64,000 bases of DNA from Epiperipatus broadwayi (taxonomy: Eukaryota; Animalia; Onychophora): assembly GCA_028023455.1 (NCBI GenBank), contig JAQFVV010000004.1:19344001-19408000 (forward strand), read 5' to 3'. The translations under genes were made by a program, and so were the position numbers. Position 1 is the first letter of the stretch, and each line of letters starts with the position of its first letter. Shown here in pieces: positions 12,452-26,919 of the stretch. The notes below the pieces were generated by a model. The model was not told the DNA's origin. It saw only the letters and a program-made list of their open reading frames with translations, and searched no databases.

Positions 12452-14596
12452 CTAGTTTAGTTTTTAATTTTTGGATTACAGAAAACAATATTTTATCTTT
12501 TCAAAAATTTCCTTCAGATCAATAACTTTTTCTATTATTCTATATTACTGTTAATAATTGTTTCTCATATTTTAATTGCTGCTTTTGCTTTCAACCTTTT
12601 TAAAATCCAAGCATCTTGAGTATTGATTTTTTTTTCATAGGTTTGAGCATAAATGTGAAAGCAGGTGTCAAAGGAAGTTTTTTGCTTATTTTTTTTCTAT
12701 CTCTTTAACATATTATTATTACCACTTGTTATAGCTTATACATTTTAGTGCAGAACTTTAATTTATAGTAGAGATTAATAGATTTATTTACTATTTCAAT
12801 AATATGATGTATTATTAAAATCTGCGAATTTCTATCGCTAAAATGTAAAATATATTTCTGTGTTATATTAACACGTTAGTTTTTTAATTGTATAATAATG
12901 TGAGCAAATGCTATTTGCTGAATCTTGTCTTCATATTTTTGATTCTTAATTATTGTATTTTAATGTTTAGCATGCATTCCAAAACAATTTTATTATATGG
13001 GCAGGGCAAACCGCAGCGCTACCATTAATTTAAATTTATATTTTTCCTCCTCATTTTATGATTTGTTTATAAAATAAATTTCCATTTCATTACATAATCA
13101 AGTTATTTTTTTGTATAAAATTACCAAATGTGATGAATAAAAAGATATCAATCCATCTTTTTAGTCATCTATCAACTATTCAATTTTTTATCTCTACGAA
13201 CATTTAGGGTCAAATGTTTTTATTTCTTAATAAATAAATATTCTCTATTTACTTATTCTTTCTAAAACTTTTGTATTCCTATAGCAACATCACATGACCA
13301 ATCATATGTTTATTTCTATACTTCTAAGATAAGTTATTTTTCTTTAAGCTTGGATAACCAATGCAGATGGGATTTTGTAGTACAATACCATCTAGAGGCC
13401 ATTTGATTACTGACGCTTGTAATTGGTGGATTTGGAATAGGTGAAAATAACTTCCCTATCTCAAAAATTTCCAATATTTATTTATTTATTTTTGTCTTTT
13501 TATTATTCCAGTTTCTGCCTTCTATGCAAAGCATTTAATCCAACTTGTGTAATTTCGAATTCAATGTTCTGTTAAATAAAACGTAGGTGACTTGTTTTTT
13601 TATCACATATTTCTTTGCTCTTATTCTGGGGATTAGAAAAGATAATCATTACAGAGCCCTTAAGAATCGCAGTTGACATTAAAAACACATTTTAAAGTAT
13701 TGAATGGAAATGACTAAGCGTTAAAAATGTGCCCTTCCTTTTTTTTTTAAAAAAAAAGATGTTGACTACATATTCCATGTATAAAGATTTTTTTTCTATT
13801 TCTTTTTTGTATTGTCATTTTGATGTTTTATTTCTGTCTGGCTTTTTGCAGTAATACTGTTAATTTTTCAATATTATTCTCTCTGTAAATTTAGTATTAT
13901 TATTATTATTATTTTTATCCCTGTCAACATCTTCTCTAGCATTATTTTATCCAAACAAATGTGCAGCAACTTTTATTACCGAAATTTTCTCTTATTATCA
14001 TTATTTTATACTAATTTTATTTTTTAAAGAAAAGTTTGAAGTTATAAAAACATTATTTAAATATTTAAATTTAATTGACTTATTATGTGTAATTATAAAA
14101 AGGAAAAGTCTTGTGATTTTCATTCTAACCAATGATTGGTCAGAAATGAATTAGCATCAAAGAAGAGCTTATTGTAGATCCCCAGTTATGCGTACAATAA
14201 GCTCTTTGCTTTCAAATTAACCCACAGCAGGTTTCATTAATGAGAGTGTTAGATGGTATTTAGTAATTGACAAAAATTCTGATGATTATTTCACGTATAA
14301 TGCTAGTTAAATTTCTCATTTAAAATACATCAATTTATATTCAACGTCAACAATAAAAGCCTACGGTTAAATTTATTAATTTTATTACTTCTATTATAAA
14401 TACTATTACTGTTGTGGCTTTACAAACATGTCTGTCGTAGTCTTATAATCAAAATCATTGAAATATTTGATTTTGTGAAAATCTATCAGTAAAAAAATTA
14501 TACACGTATAATAAAATTTAACTGTAGTTATAAAAATATTTCCTAATCTATTTAAAAGTGTAAAATATATGAATTTATGGATTTATTATATGGCAA

Positions 14597-14709
14597 TCAA
14601 ATGTTGTTAGCCGAGAGGTCAGTGCAGCTGCCTTGCAAGCAAGTAGTTGGTTGCAGATGGTTGTTGCGAGTTCGCCTCCCGGCAGATGCTATGACATATA
14701 GGAAAAAAA
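14597..14709 (+). mobile_element. tRNA-derived SINE, long subtype
   Basis: Homologous to 8076-8182 (GTTAGCCGAGAGGTCA...GTAGTTGGTTGCAGA...ATGCTATGACATAT + A-tail). Confidence 0.8.
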
Positions 14710-15299
14710 CAGAACTTCTGCCAAGATACTCAGTGAAACCCATTAAAATTTATTTTTTAAATATTACTTATTATTCATATAAAGTATATTGCATGTCATA
14801 AGATTTTTAACTTGTTTTATAAATTTTATAATTGATATTTTTTTTAAATACATAATCAATGCTAGTTCCAGTTGTGTACCATAAATATAATTTTTTTCAG
14901 CCTCTGGAAAACTTTCTTCTGTACAATAATTTTTTCACTCTTAGATGCAACGAAAACTTTATTGCTTTATATACAATCCTTCAAAATGTTCAGTGTCTTA
15001 AAATTTTACTCTATCTATCACAGGTCTTTCAATATTATTCAATCCTTTCTCAAAAACAGGGGTGGGAATCATCTAGCGATTGATATTTAGTAAAAACTTG
15101 ATACAATGAAAATAGTTTTATATGTGTAATATAATATTAAAACTGGTTTGGTAAATCCAAATTTCTTTTCATCAGCTGAAAATAATTTTTATGTTTGTTA
15201 CTTTGCATATTTAAGTGTTGGAGATAGGCAGATCATCTTTATTTGCTGAACATTTTGTTTCTTGACTTATAATTCCTAAAACTGATCAAATTTCATTTG

Positions 15300-16420
15300 T
15301 ATTTACTGCAAGATGAAAGTCTCTCCAAGTTTATTTTAGTTTCTTCTTCAACCTCTAGCCTTTCCTCTCTATATCACTTTAGCATACTTCCTTATTTCAT
15401 CCATTTCACATGTGATATCTTTTTAGGTCTTTTATAATTTCTTGAAATCCAGTTTAAGATTTCAATTGTTCATATACAATCATCTCTCTTAACAAAATAT
15501 CCAACCCAAATCCAATTTAGCTCTTAATTCTTTCAATGATGCCAGCAACATCTGTTGTTTTTCTCACCCATGTATTTTGTTTCCAATTCTTTCTTGTACT
15601 CTTACCATACATTTCTCTATATTTCAGTGAGTGGTCTGAAGTCTTTGTATTGCCCTTCTGTTAAGTGTCTAAATCTCAAATCCATAAATAAGAACTGGTA
15701 AAAGACATTTATTAAAAACCTTATCTTTCTAATACATAGGCATATTTTCTTTTAATATTATTTCTACCAAAAGCATTACATCCAAGTTTAATTCTATGAT
15801 TAATTTCATCCATTATGTTTCCACCTGTAGTAATAATCTGGCTTAGATATTTGTAATTGTTAACTTCTTCTAATTCAGCAATTTTCATTTTTGTTTTTTT
15901 GAAAAAATCCATTGAACATTATTTTACTTTTATTAGCATTTACCTTAGTCCTACTTTCTTTATTTTCTCTAATAATTCTTGCAACATTCCCTGTAGCTCT
16001 GAAACATTATTTTTTAAAAAACAATTGCATTATCTGTAAAATCTAGATAATTTAAATAATCTCCATTTACTTTTACTCCTTTAGCTTTCCATTTTAATCC
16101 ACAAAATATTTATTGCAAAACTAAATTTTTTTTTAGAGATATGGACTCAAGTCATACATCCTTCTCTATGTTAATCTTCTTGGTATCATTATGTAATCTA
16201 ATCATTGCTGTTTTATTTTGATAAATATTTTTCAGAATATGACAGTATCCTGAGTCTATACCTTGATGATCCAAAACCTTAATTACTGAAAAAAATCTTA
16301 TAGAATCAAATGCCTTTTCATAATCAACAAATACAAAGTATAATGGCAAGCCATATTTATTAGGCCTTTCTATAACTTTTCTCAATATTTAGATGTGGTA
16401 CATCTGTGATAAAATCATTT
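15300..16420 (-). mobile_element. RTE-clade LINE RT/3' end remnant, internally deleted
   Basis: YGLPLYFVFVDYEKAFDSI, EEVNNYKYLSQII...EINHRIKLGCNAFG, and a C-terminal W-rich segment ending ETFILQ. Confidence 0.85.
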
Positions 16421-16779
16421 TTAAATTCAGTTTCTTCTTTTGATTGGTTAAAATGTAAAGCTTATCTCGTGTTGGGAATGAAAGTATTCATTTATTATTA
16501 ACATTCATAAAAAGTGCATGCCCAATAGCTTGAAAAGGCTGATCTTTAATGTATTAAAGCTTATCTTCATAAAATTTTTGTATAGAATTGATAAAATATG
16601 CTGCTTAATTTATTCTGAATCCTTTCATAAGATTTTTTTTTAAGCTTCAATACTTTTTCTAGAATTGAAAAGTAGATAAGTGTCTAATATCTCTATGAAT
16701 TTAATTCTGATAATAGACAAGTATTGTTAACAGAATTTAAGGTATAGGGATACAGATTATCATGCAGAGTGATAATTGA

Positions 16780-17470
16780 AGGTTGGGATAGTAGAATAGC
16801 AGTAAGAAGTAGATCCTAAATAATTTGAAATATATTGATGGACATATTCATCTCGGCAATGATGAGGAGAAGTTATCAAAAAATTTCATGAAAAATCTGT
16901 CGGAGAAAATCAACTGGTATGATTATGAAATAGATATATTACAAACCAATCATGATTATAGAAATAACAGTTCCTCCAAATAAGAAATGTCATGGGATTT
17001 GAAAAGAGGAATACATTTGAATGCCTTGTTTTTACCATAGCAATAATATTCAATGCAATCGGGAAATACACAGAATTGTGATCACAATAACAGCGGTGAC
17101 CAAAATATCCAAAATATAGATAACAAAAATTTAAATTGATTAAATATCTTCTTTTTTCAATCACGACTTATGTTGTTTAAACATGCACATTCAAAGAATT
17201 AATGAATTTGAGATATGATGTATCGGAGAAAGCTTCTAATTTTTATTCTTCTCACTGGAAAAAATTGATCCACAAGAGATTGTTGATGTTTAAGATGGAT
17301 AATGGTACATTTTGGAGACATAGGGAAATTACACTACATTACAAAGGAGCTTGTTATTGAATGAAAAATGGAAGGTCATTGTTCATATGTTATTTTCCAA
17401 CACAAAGTAGAAATCAGATTAAATAGATCATTGGTCATGATGAAAATTATGAAGTATTGAAGAGCACAAT
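16780..17470 (+). mobile_element. Highly decayed RTE-like LINE 3' fragment
   Basis: Fragments KYIDGHIHLGNDEEKL (YADD-region-like) and QRINEFEI*C (KRIxAFEMWC-like). Confidence 0.45.
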
Positions 17471-18082
17471 GCAATGCTTTATGTGATGCCACTATATCTT
17501 TTCTAATTACTAATATGATGATGATAATATATAAGTAGCTATAATCTTTCAAAGATGTTCAACATTTTTTAAATCTTTTGGCATTGCTTGTTTTAAATAA
17601 AATAATAAATTATATATAATAATGTTGCATTTTTTGATAGTGTTTATTTTTTAAAAATATAAAATGGAGTGTATATATTTTTTGTTTTAGCTATGATTTC
17701 TCACACTAATTTTGATATATGCTTGTGAATAAATTTATTTTCTTTTTCCAGTTGTATTTTACATTAAAGACAAACTTTCTTTTGGTCATTTGATCTATAT
17801 ACTTTTCATATACTGTAATAAACTTTTGATATATGAAATAATGAAGTTAATTATAAAATTACAAATTATATTAGGTGTTAATATATGTCACATCTTACAG
17901 TGCCAAGTCATATTTAAGTTTACATCCTAATGCTGGAAAAATTAATTTTGTACTAGCATCATAGATTATTTCATTTAACATATGTTTTAAATTAAAAACT
18001 TCCACAATGAAAAAAATGCATATATATATATAATTCTTAAATACTCATTTATTTTAAGTTTACACACACACACACACATGTA

Positions 18083-18320
18083 TATATATAATTCTTAAAT
18101 ATTTGTTGATTTTAAGTTTGATTGAAAAGGTAACCAGTTAATAACTATAAACTAATTAATAGCACTGAGCTAGCTTTCAGCAATACACTGTCAAAATCAT
18201 AGTGCTGATTCTGGCAGTGTTTCCTGAAAACTACTTCAGTGCTATTAATTAGTTTATAATTATTAATTGGTTACTTTTTCAATCAAACTCTTAAGTCAAT
18301 GAGTATTTAAAAATTACATA
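18083..18320. repeat. ~240-bp imperfect palindrome (MITE-like or fold-back)
   Basis: TTTGATTGAAAAGGTAACCAGTTAATAACTATAAACTAATTAATAGCACTGA is mirrored by TCAGTGCTATTAATTAGTTTATAATTATTAATTGGTTACTTTTTCAATCAAA. Confidence 0.85.
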
Positions 18321-18360
18321 ATTTGTTGAAAAGAGTTAAAAAGTTTATATATATAGATAT

Positions 18361-18672
18361 ACAATCAACACTTAGACAATCCCATTATAGATAATAATCA
18401 ACAATCTCAAACTGAGGCAACCTTCTTTTAACAAGAAAGGTGGAATTCCACCTTTATTTATGGTCCAATATATTTATTTTTATAAAGACTAAAGATTGCA
18501 ACATGATCACAAAGATTGAAATTATTGATACAAAGAAGTTTAAATAAACCTCCTTAAACAGGTGAATGTAACCTTTTTCTAAATGCAGACTAATAAATAA
18601 TTATAACCTTACAAATTACAATTATAATTTTCAAATTGCATCCAAAGTATTAATTAAATAATAAGTGTAATA
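18361..18672. repeat. Family C interspersed repeat, single copy
   Basis: Homologous to 32640-32960 (AAAGATTGCAAC...CCTTAAACAGGT...AATGCAGACTAATAAATA...AATAAGTGTAATA). Confidence 0.75.
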
Positions 18673-19597
18673 CATATATAATAAACAAAATTAATCAGGA
18701 GATGTATTTGCAAAAATTAAATATGATGGAAATTCCAACAATAAGTGTTGAAACTAGTGATAGGTAGTTGGTCAAAAGAACAACTTGAATATATATTGTG
18801 CCTTTCTATTTTGCTACATTATTTCATAAATATGTAAAACAGTCAATTTTATAGAAAATTTAAAATTTTATATAACAGTTTTTATAAGATAGTATTTTTG
18901 TATTTAAAGTGGTTTAAAATATGTTTATTTGATGTAAAGTTTATCTAAATTATTTTAAAATAATAATTATTTAAATTTACTCATAAAGTTAAGTTATAGA
19001 GTAATATTTACAATTAAACACTAGTAAATAATTATTAGAGTTATGTAATATAAAGCTAAAATAATAATCTTAGTAATAAAAAAATCAGTGTTATATAAGT
19101 ATTAACAGTTTAATTTTAAAAAACTTCTTATTTAATTATTTTAAAATTATATTAAATATTTTTAAGGTATGTAATGTGAATTAATCTGTGAGCACACACA
19201 TTCTTGCTAAATTAAATAATTTTACTTCCTTGTTACTAAAGTTGATTTATTAGTTGTATCAAATTTATGTTGCAATTTATGTTGTATCTAATTTTAAAGT
19301 GTATCCAAATTAGTATTATAATTACATAAACAATAGTTTTATATTTTCAAAGTTAAGTTTAATAAAAAGTAGCTTATTAAAAGTGTATTTTAAAAATAGT
19401 ATTTAAAGAAAAGGTACAAAGAAGAAAATTTAAAGAAGCTGCTCACATGACAATGGCAAAAAATCCCATAAGCCAACCTAGTGTGACTATACATAATGTA
19501 TGGAAATCACTAATCAACTTTGCTCTGAGGAAAAAGTGGAGAAATCAGGAGGAACCTCATAGATAAGTATATGAAATTACTACATACTGTTGCCTTT

Positions 19598-19896
19598 GGC
19601 AGGATGGCTCAGTTGGTTAGAGCGTTACCTTAAATTTCAATAATCAAGAATCTAAGGACCCAGGTTCGAATCCCATGCTAGTACTGTCACTGGTCAGGCC
19701 AGCAACACCTGAAGAAGAGGGGAGAAAAATACCTCTCGAAACGTTGTGCATATACTAACCTGTTTGCTGTGATATTACTAACAGTTAGTGCATATACTAA
19801 CCTGTTTGCTGTGATATTATTAACATTTGTTTGCTGTGATATTACTAACAGTTGGTGCATATACTAACCTGTTTGCTGTGATATTACTAACAGTTG
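19598..19896 (+). mobile_element. tRNA-headed SINE-like element with minimal hammerhead and 42-nt tandem tail
   Basis: A box TGGCTCAGTTGG (19605-19616), B box GGTTCGAATCC (19663-19673), HHR motif at 19706-19748, then ~3.5 copies of GTGCATATACTAACCTGTTTGCTGTGATATTACTAACAGTTR. Confidence 0.65.
19706..19748 (+). ncRNA. Minimal type I hammerhead (extra-A variant), family D
   Basis: CAC-CTGAAGA-A-GAGGGG-AGAAAAATA-CCTCTC-GAA-ACGT-T/GTG: 6-bp stem II, ACGT palindrome, stem I only 3 bp. Confidence 0.55.
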
Positions 19897-22800
19897 AATG
19901 CATTTGGAATATTTAACTAAAAATTAAACTTTTCTAAAGACATTCAACACACATATTAGATGATGGAAATAGTCCAATATAAAAATACAGCTAGAACACC
20001 ATCATCACAAACCTTCAGAACAACAGTATTTAAATAAATTTCAAATATGTGATTTAATAAGATTTATTAAATTAATTAATTCTAAAAGAAATAAAACCAG
20101 ACAAAATTAATTTGTATATAAATTTTTATTGTCTGAGATTTCATTATCAATCAGGTAATAAGGGTCAATTATGACTATAAATATAGGAGTCATGTCATTG
20201 TTGTGGTAGTTTTTATTAAATTTTCTTTTTAACCAAGTAAATTTCAAGGAATAAAAACTGTATTCCTTATAATCTAAATTTTAAATTATAAATTTCTTTA
20301 AATTTTTTATTTTGCTTAGTAAAGTGTCAAAAGTAATTTATAAATTTATGAATAATCATTTAGATTATTTGAATTGTTTTAATATAGAGTAAAACAAACC
20401 TATCTTTGTCAATAGGACATAACAAAACTATACTGATGAATGATAAAAATATGAGATCCAACAGAAATACTGTTAGTCAGAGGACTATGCCGGAGAGTGT
20501 GTTGTTTAGACTGAAGGGTACTGTAAAGGATTTATAAGGGATTTATTTTTAATTATATTAATATATTTAATATTAAAAACAGTGTTATTTAATTTTAATA
20601 ATTAAACATAAAGAGCATAGACTTCAATTTGATAATGTAACAGTCATATTTGTACATTCATACAACAAAATCCAGAGTTTTCACAAATTATCCCAAAACT
20701 GATCTATATGAGGGATTGAGACCTCAAATCAGATTGCACACCAATTCTTTCACCAACACTCCATGATTTACTACCTTATGGATGATAGATATGAGGTTAT
20801 ACTTGGTCTCTTTTAGTTCACATGCTGGCAGTAGCAAAGGGTGGAATATGGGATTCATGGAATAATGGCTAAATTAATACTAAAATTAACTAAACACACA
20901 CACATATATGGATGATGAGATAATGCATATATGAATAAATAAATTAAAATAGATTTGGATAAGATTTAGGAAGGGTTGTGAATAACACACTAAACACTAT
21001 TACAATTAAATATATTTAATTATTAACATATAAGTTAAATAATACAAAATGGAAGTGCATTGGGATTTACACTCACAGGTGTCTTACAATGATGAGTGGA
21101 TTTAGTTACAATGTCTCATCTTTAGAATGCACTTTAAATCCTTTAATTTTAAGTTTATTACAATTACTATTATTATCATCTATGGTTTATACTCATGCCT
21201 GAATTAAGTTATGCCATTCCTATGAGGTTTGCTAATAGTTAAGTTTATAAGAATGACAATATTAAATATAACATTTATTAAAATTACATAATGAGAAATA
21301 AAGTGCTCCCTATGCAGATCATTTATATAAACTAGACCCGGTGTTCAGATCAATGCTTAACTGAATAATAGTATGGAGGGATGAACTAGTTGTTTTGCAG
21401 AGTAGCTTCAGAGACTACAGCACAACATAAACTAAATAAGGGTTGGGGCCTGAATATGAATTATTCATGGGATGCAGTACAAAGTATTCAGTTCCTGTTG
21501 ACCATACAACTTACTATTACAAAATTTAAGAACATCTAGTTCAGGAGATTGAATCAGCTTAAAATATGGCTCTGGATCCTCATGTTCCAGTTCTAAAAAA
21601 GAGCTGTCTGAACTAATACTAATGGGGAAGCATTAAATCCAAAGCCTATTTTAATAAGGAAAATATACATAGAGAGAGTCATATTGCATGTATGTGTTTA
21701 TAAGGACACATTCATAATGCTTTCCAAAATATCAAATATTAAAATAAACTAATGTGCTAAATCTATAGTTTCTTCCTGTGAAACTACTTTTATCCCAGTT
21801 CATAAATTAGCATATATAAAATATGCTACAAAGGGTTAATTAAAGTGATCTAGTCTACTGATTAAATCTGAATAGTATATAATAATAAACTAAGGAGCAG
21901 TAAAGCATATTTGGGACTTATTTAATTACTTGTGCTTTATAATATTCTTGCTATTAATTAACTAGACATAGTTTATCAACATGCAAAACTTAATTATGAT
22001 AAGCTAAAACACAGTAGCTTAACTAACATATATAAAAGCAGGTTTCAGAATGGAGATTTATGTGTGCTAAAGAAGCAACATAAACGATTTACAAGAGAGC
22101 CTCTAATCATCTCTCCAAATTATTAATATTACCAATCTTCGCTTTGACTTATGGCATATCATAAATCAATGAAATAAACAATATAATATAAAATAGAAAT
22201 TAGGCATGACCATAGATCAGAAATTAGATATGTATAATAACTGGATCCAGTTATTATCTTTAGAAGAATTATTAAATTACAATTCATTTAATCATTTAAA
22301 TAGGCAAGATTCTTACAATTATTAATTTTATTTTTGATTTACATAAAATTATATTTTACAGAGTTTATTTATCAAGAAGTTATTATTTGTAAGCTATCAC
22401 TTATGAACATTCAACATTACAGCTAGCTTAGGAGAATTATTAAATTAGTTTAATGTAAAATTTATTTTATAGAGCTCTGTGGGAAGAAATGTTACCAATT
22501 TCCTCCTGAGTCATCATTCATGGCATTTGGCACAGATATTCTCTGCTGGGCTGGCTTGTCTCTGATATCTTTTTGGCAGGCTGTTGGTCTCAAACCCCTC
22601 CATTTTAATAGACTGGTCTCCAAAGGAAGATGGCAAAAATTAAGCCATCTAGCCACTCTTTTTCATTGTTAAAATGGGCATGGCCCCTGGCAGCAACTGA
22701 GTCATTAATTTAAGAGAGTGAACTTCTAGTGCTTCATTTAGGGGTTTTTATACTAACTCTTTTACTCCCCCCTGCAAAAGCCATGAACTTGTTTACAATT

Positions 22801-25800
22801 TATAAATTTTAATCTTAAGTTTTAATATAATTTTATTAACTTTAGAAAAGACAAAAGCAAAATCTAAGTTATTCATAAAATAGTACAGCTTGACTGCTTT
22901 TCTTTTGTCTTAAAATCTATTTTAGATTTATTTTAAAAATCTGTTCTTGGTTCCCATACAAATTAAACCATGTGTGTGTAACAGGATAATTTCTAAGAAA
23001 CAGACAATCTTTTAAAAGAGATTTAAGTTCTGTAAACATTCTGCTATACGTGTAATCTTGTCATCTTTGGAATTAAAAACTTATATGTGAATAAAAGTAA
23101 ATTTGTACTCTAATTTTATAATAACTTAAAGATAAAATAATTTAAATAGTGTTGTAATGCTTATAAAATCTGTTACAATCCAGCTTCATTTGCATATATA
23201 TGTAGGTGCTCTCCTACACATACAACAATGTTTACACAACTTAACTTTTAATTTTGTTATATAATTTATAATCTAGTATATGCATTATATAATAATATGC
23301 ATACAGACATTAATATCTGTAAATGTATGCAAATGTATAAATATACGCACATATATGTAAATATATATTAATATACGTTAATATATAATATATGTGAACT
23401 TGGAGGGGTTTGAATTAGGGAAAGAATGTTACTATGGGATGTAGTAGATGAAACAGGATGTTAGACAAAATAATATAGTTTCAATAAAGATATTAATCTT
23501 TGCTCTTGGAAATTTATTAAAAACTTTTTTAGAAGTTATATTCAGTTTAAGAAGGAGAATGAATGCTAATTAAATATTTATTAAAAATAAATTTATTATT
23601 TACTAGTCCATTATGTGTAATTTGCAAATGTTCTTAATATAAGAAATATATACTAACTTTAAGGAGAATTGTATGATTGAATAATGTTTATCAAGTATTG
23701 TGCAAGTTATTAAGAGAATAAATATTAACTAGTATAAGAAGAGCTTTATAAGTTATAAGTCAACTATAAAAATTGTTTAAAATGTATACTAACCTGGAGG
23801 AAAATGTTTTAAATGCCTAATGTAATTTTAAAATATTGCAAGTTATTAAAACTCAAATATGAATACGTGTGAAAGAATTGTAAAATTGGAAGAACTCACT
23901 AGTAATATAATTAAAATCATTTATAATGCTTTTACGTGAAAAGGTGGAGAGTTTGTTTAAAAATGAAATTATTCTACAATAAGTTATTAAAATATGAATT
24001 GAAGAAAGAAACCTTTAAATATGATAATTGTTTTATTAAATAACCAATAATTATTATTAACTGTTATATGAAATTTGTTTCATTAAGGAGATAAATTGAA
24101 TGAATTTTTATTATATAAGTACTTTTTATCTTGCTTTGATGAACAATATTTCCATTTGATTTTTATTTAATGCTTTTGCATTTGTGTTGCAAGAAGTTAA
24201 GAATGTTGTGGGGACAGAGAAGGGAAAAATCTCTTTAGTTAAATGAATGTTATCGTAGTAACAACTGGAATTTCAGCTTTAAGAAAAATTAAAGGGCATT
24301 TTTATTATTTTATTTTTTTCTTAGTTAAGAAATATATTTAATAATTATATATATTATAAGATTTAATATGTAGTTATGATTTATATAATATGCGAATTTT
24401 ATATTTAATATTTGATAAAAAAAGAAATTTTAATTTTTTTTCTTTTAATAATAATAAATCTATAACTTCGATGGAAGTAATTCAATGAGAGAGGATTGCC
24501 ACAATAATTATAGTGATATGATTAAGATAAAATTTAATTTAAATCTATTTAAATTTCAATCAGGTAAACTGATTATTGTTTATTTATGTTAGAATAATTT
24601 GTTTTAGAAATATGAATATATGTTATATGCTGGATCTAATTAGATATATGAAAGTATGAATAAAAATGTTATAAGCAGTATCTGTTTAGATACTATACGC
24701 ATAACTGATCTCTGAATCATTTTATAAAGAAGTTAAATGAATTTATTTTATTATAAATTAAATATCTAAAATCATTTGTTTGTGCTATATTTAATCTTCT
24801 CGATGCTTTAATGAATGCTATGTACTGAAGTTTAGAAATTATTTTTTTGAAGAGATGTTTAAGAATTCATTTGCGATATTGTAAGAAGTTATACAGAATG
24901 GTTATTATAGACAGTTAGTGGTTTGGTAGAGTATTATTAGGAAATCATGTAGATAAAGGGATCTTTTGAATATTAAGGATAATTCAGTTGACATAGGACT
25001 GCATGTTTTTATGATTCATGATTACTATTGTTTCTTTCCATAAATCAATAAGTGCTCAAAGAGAAGCTATGATAGGTATTTAAGGTAGACACAAGAATAT
25101 GTGGCCTTAAGCTCTACATCCATGTTTTCATTGTTTTTCATTATTTCTTGGAGTTTTTTATCCCTCATTTTTAATCATAACTATCATCATGAGTTCCTAC
25201 ATGATAATTGGTATTATTAAAAATTATATGAAGAATAAATGATGTTTAGAATTTTTGGAAGGCAAGAAGAGCAAAATATATAACAAATTATGTCTAACTA
25301 GAATTTTAAATAAAGTTTTGTGGAATGTTTTGATATTCCAAAAATATTCTGAGATCAAAAAAGTTATCAAGAACATATTAAAGTCATATAAAAGGTATAA
25401 ATAAAAGTGAAATCTGAATATAATGAACATCATGAAAATACGAAGTGAATAAATACTATATATTTATTTTTTTATATTGTTAAATAGTTATATGTTTATT
25501 TTGGTAAAGTAAATAAACGTAAGAACACATATGAGTTATTATATAAATTATATTATGATGGAATGTTGGAGTGGAAAACTTATTATTGAAGAATATATAT
25601 ATATATGTTTTGTAATGCATAATATAACAAATAAACTATTTAGATAAAGAATAGGAAAATTTCATAGAAATATTTAGATAAATGTTTCATTATCAAATAA
25701 GTTTATTAATGAATCTGTAATTATTTAAAAAAAATATGTTTATTGTAGTAATAGTGATAAAGTATATTAATGCTATAGATCTAGAAAAATGTATTATGAT

Positions 25801-26919
25801 CACCATAGAAGTGTATTTTTGATTCTATCAAAGTGTTCAAAGTATTTAAATGTGTAATCTAAGAAAAATGCTAGAATATCTTAATAAGTGTAAGTTTTTA
25901 AGTAATAGATGTTATTACTTCATAATCAAAAATATTTAAAAGTGGAAATTACTTATTTTTTTATGTAAATATTTTTTTGAATGTAATTATTTTGAATTTT
26001 AAATAATTTACATTTTGTAAATATTATATTTGTAAATTTTGAAATTGTATAGTTGTTATAATAAATTGTTAATGTTTGTTTTGAATTAATCTAATGTCTT
26101 GAGAGTTTCTTTTCTTATTATGTCCGAGTCATTACGAATCATCCTAAACACCCATATGCATTATAAGAATAAATTATATTGGTATAATTGCACATGATTT
26201 ACAGAAGATAAAGTATAATTATTATTTTATGATTATTGAAGATATTACATATTAAATCTTAAGAATTGTATAATGCAAATTTTTCATTATCTTATTCAAG
26301 AGTTATAACAAAGCTTGCCATATTTTTTAATATGCCATATGGAGAATGCAATATAACTGTAATGCATAATAAAATAAAATTATTTTGAATTTATTTGAAG
26401 TAGTAAATATTATTGTTAGTATTTCATAATTTTAATTTGGTTTTAGTTGATAAGCAAATAAGTTAGACGAGTTTTTTAAGTAAGAGTTGTAAGTATTTTA
26501 TTTTATTGATTATTATTATTATGATATAGCTTAAAATTTTTCACTGTATGTAGCTATTTATTAATTAATGTGTTAACTGTAAGAATAATAATTATAAGAA
26601 CTTGAGATTAAAATTATAGTTATGTTATGGATTTTATTTAAGATATATATTATTTTATTAAATAAAGGAATGTAAAACATAGCTTAATACTTTAATTTAA
26701 TTTTAGTAATGTGAATTACAGTTTATTTTAGGTAATGTGTGAGTCATGGGAATATTACTTATAGTTTAGGAAAGTAGGTAGCGGTGATATTCCTGTGCCA
26801 TTTGGGATATATCTTTTTTGTGGGTATATTCTTAATGTTAAACTAACTGTGTACCTTACTAGATGCCTTTAATTATGAATCTCATGATTTTAGTATTTAA
26901 ATGAACCACTGAAAAGGAT

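Noticed and set aside
19598-19684. Functional tRNA gene (also the tRNA-Gly-like copies)
   Set aside because: Acceptor and T stems do not pair properly; A-tails and TSDs indicate SINEs.
19746-19896. 42-nt repeats as a possible CRISPR array
   Set aside because: No spacers, eukaryotic context; plain tandem tail.
23400-26850. C-poor, strand-skewed tract suggesting an old large element
   Set aside because: No protein motif or termini recognised by eye.
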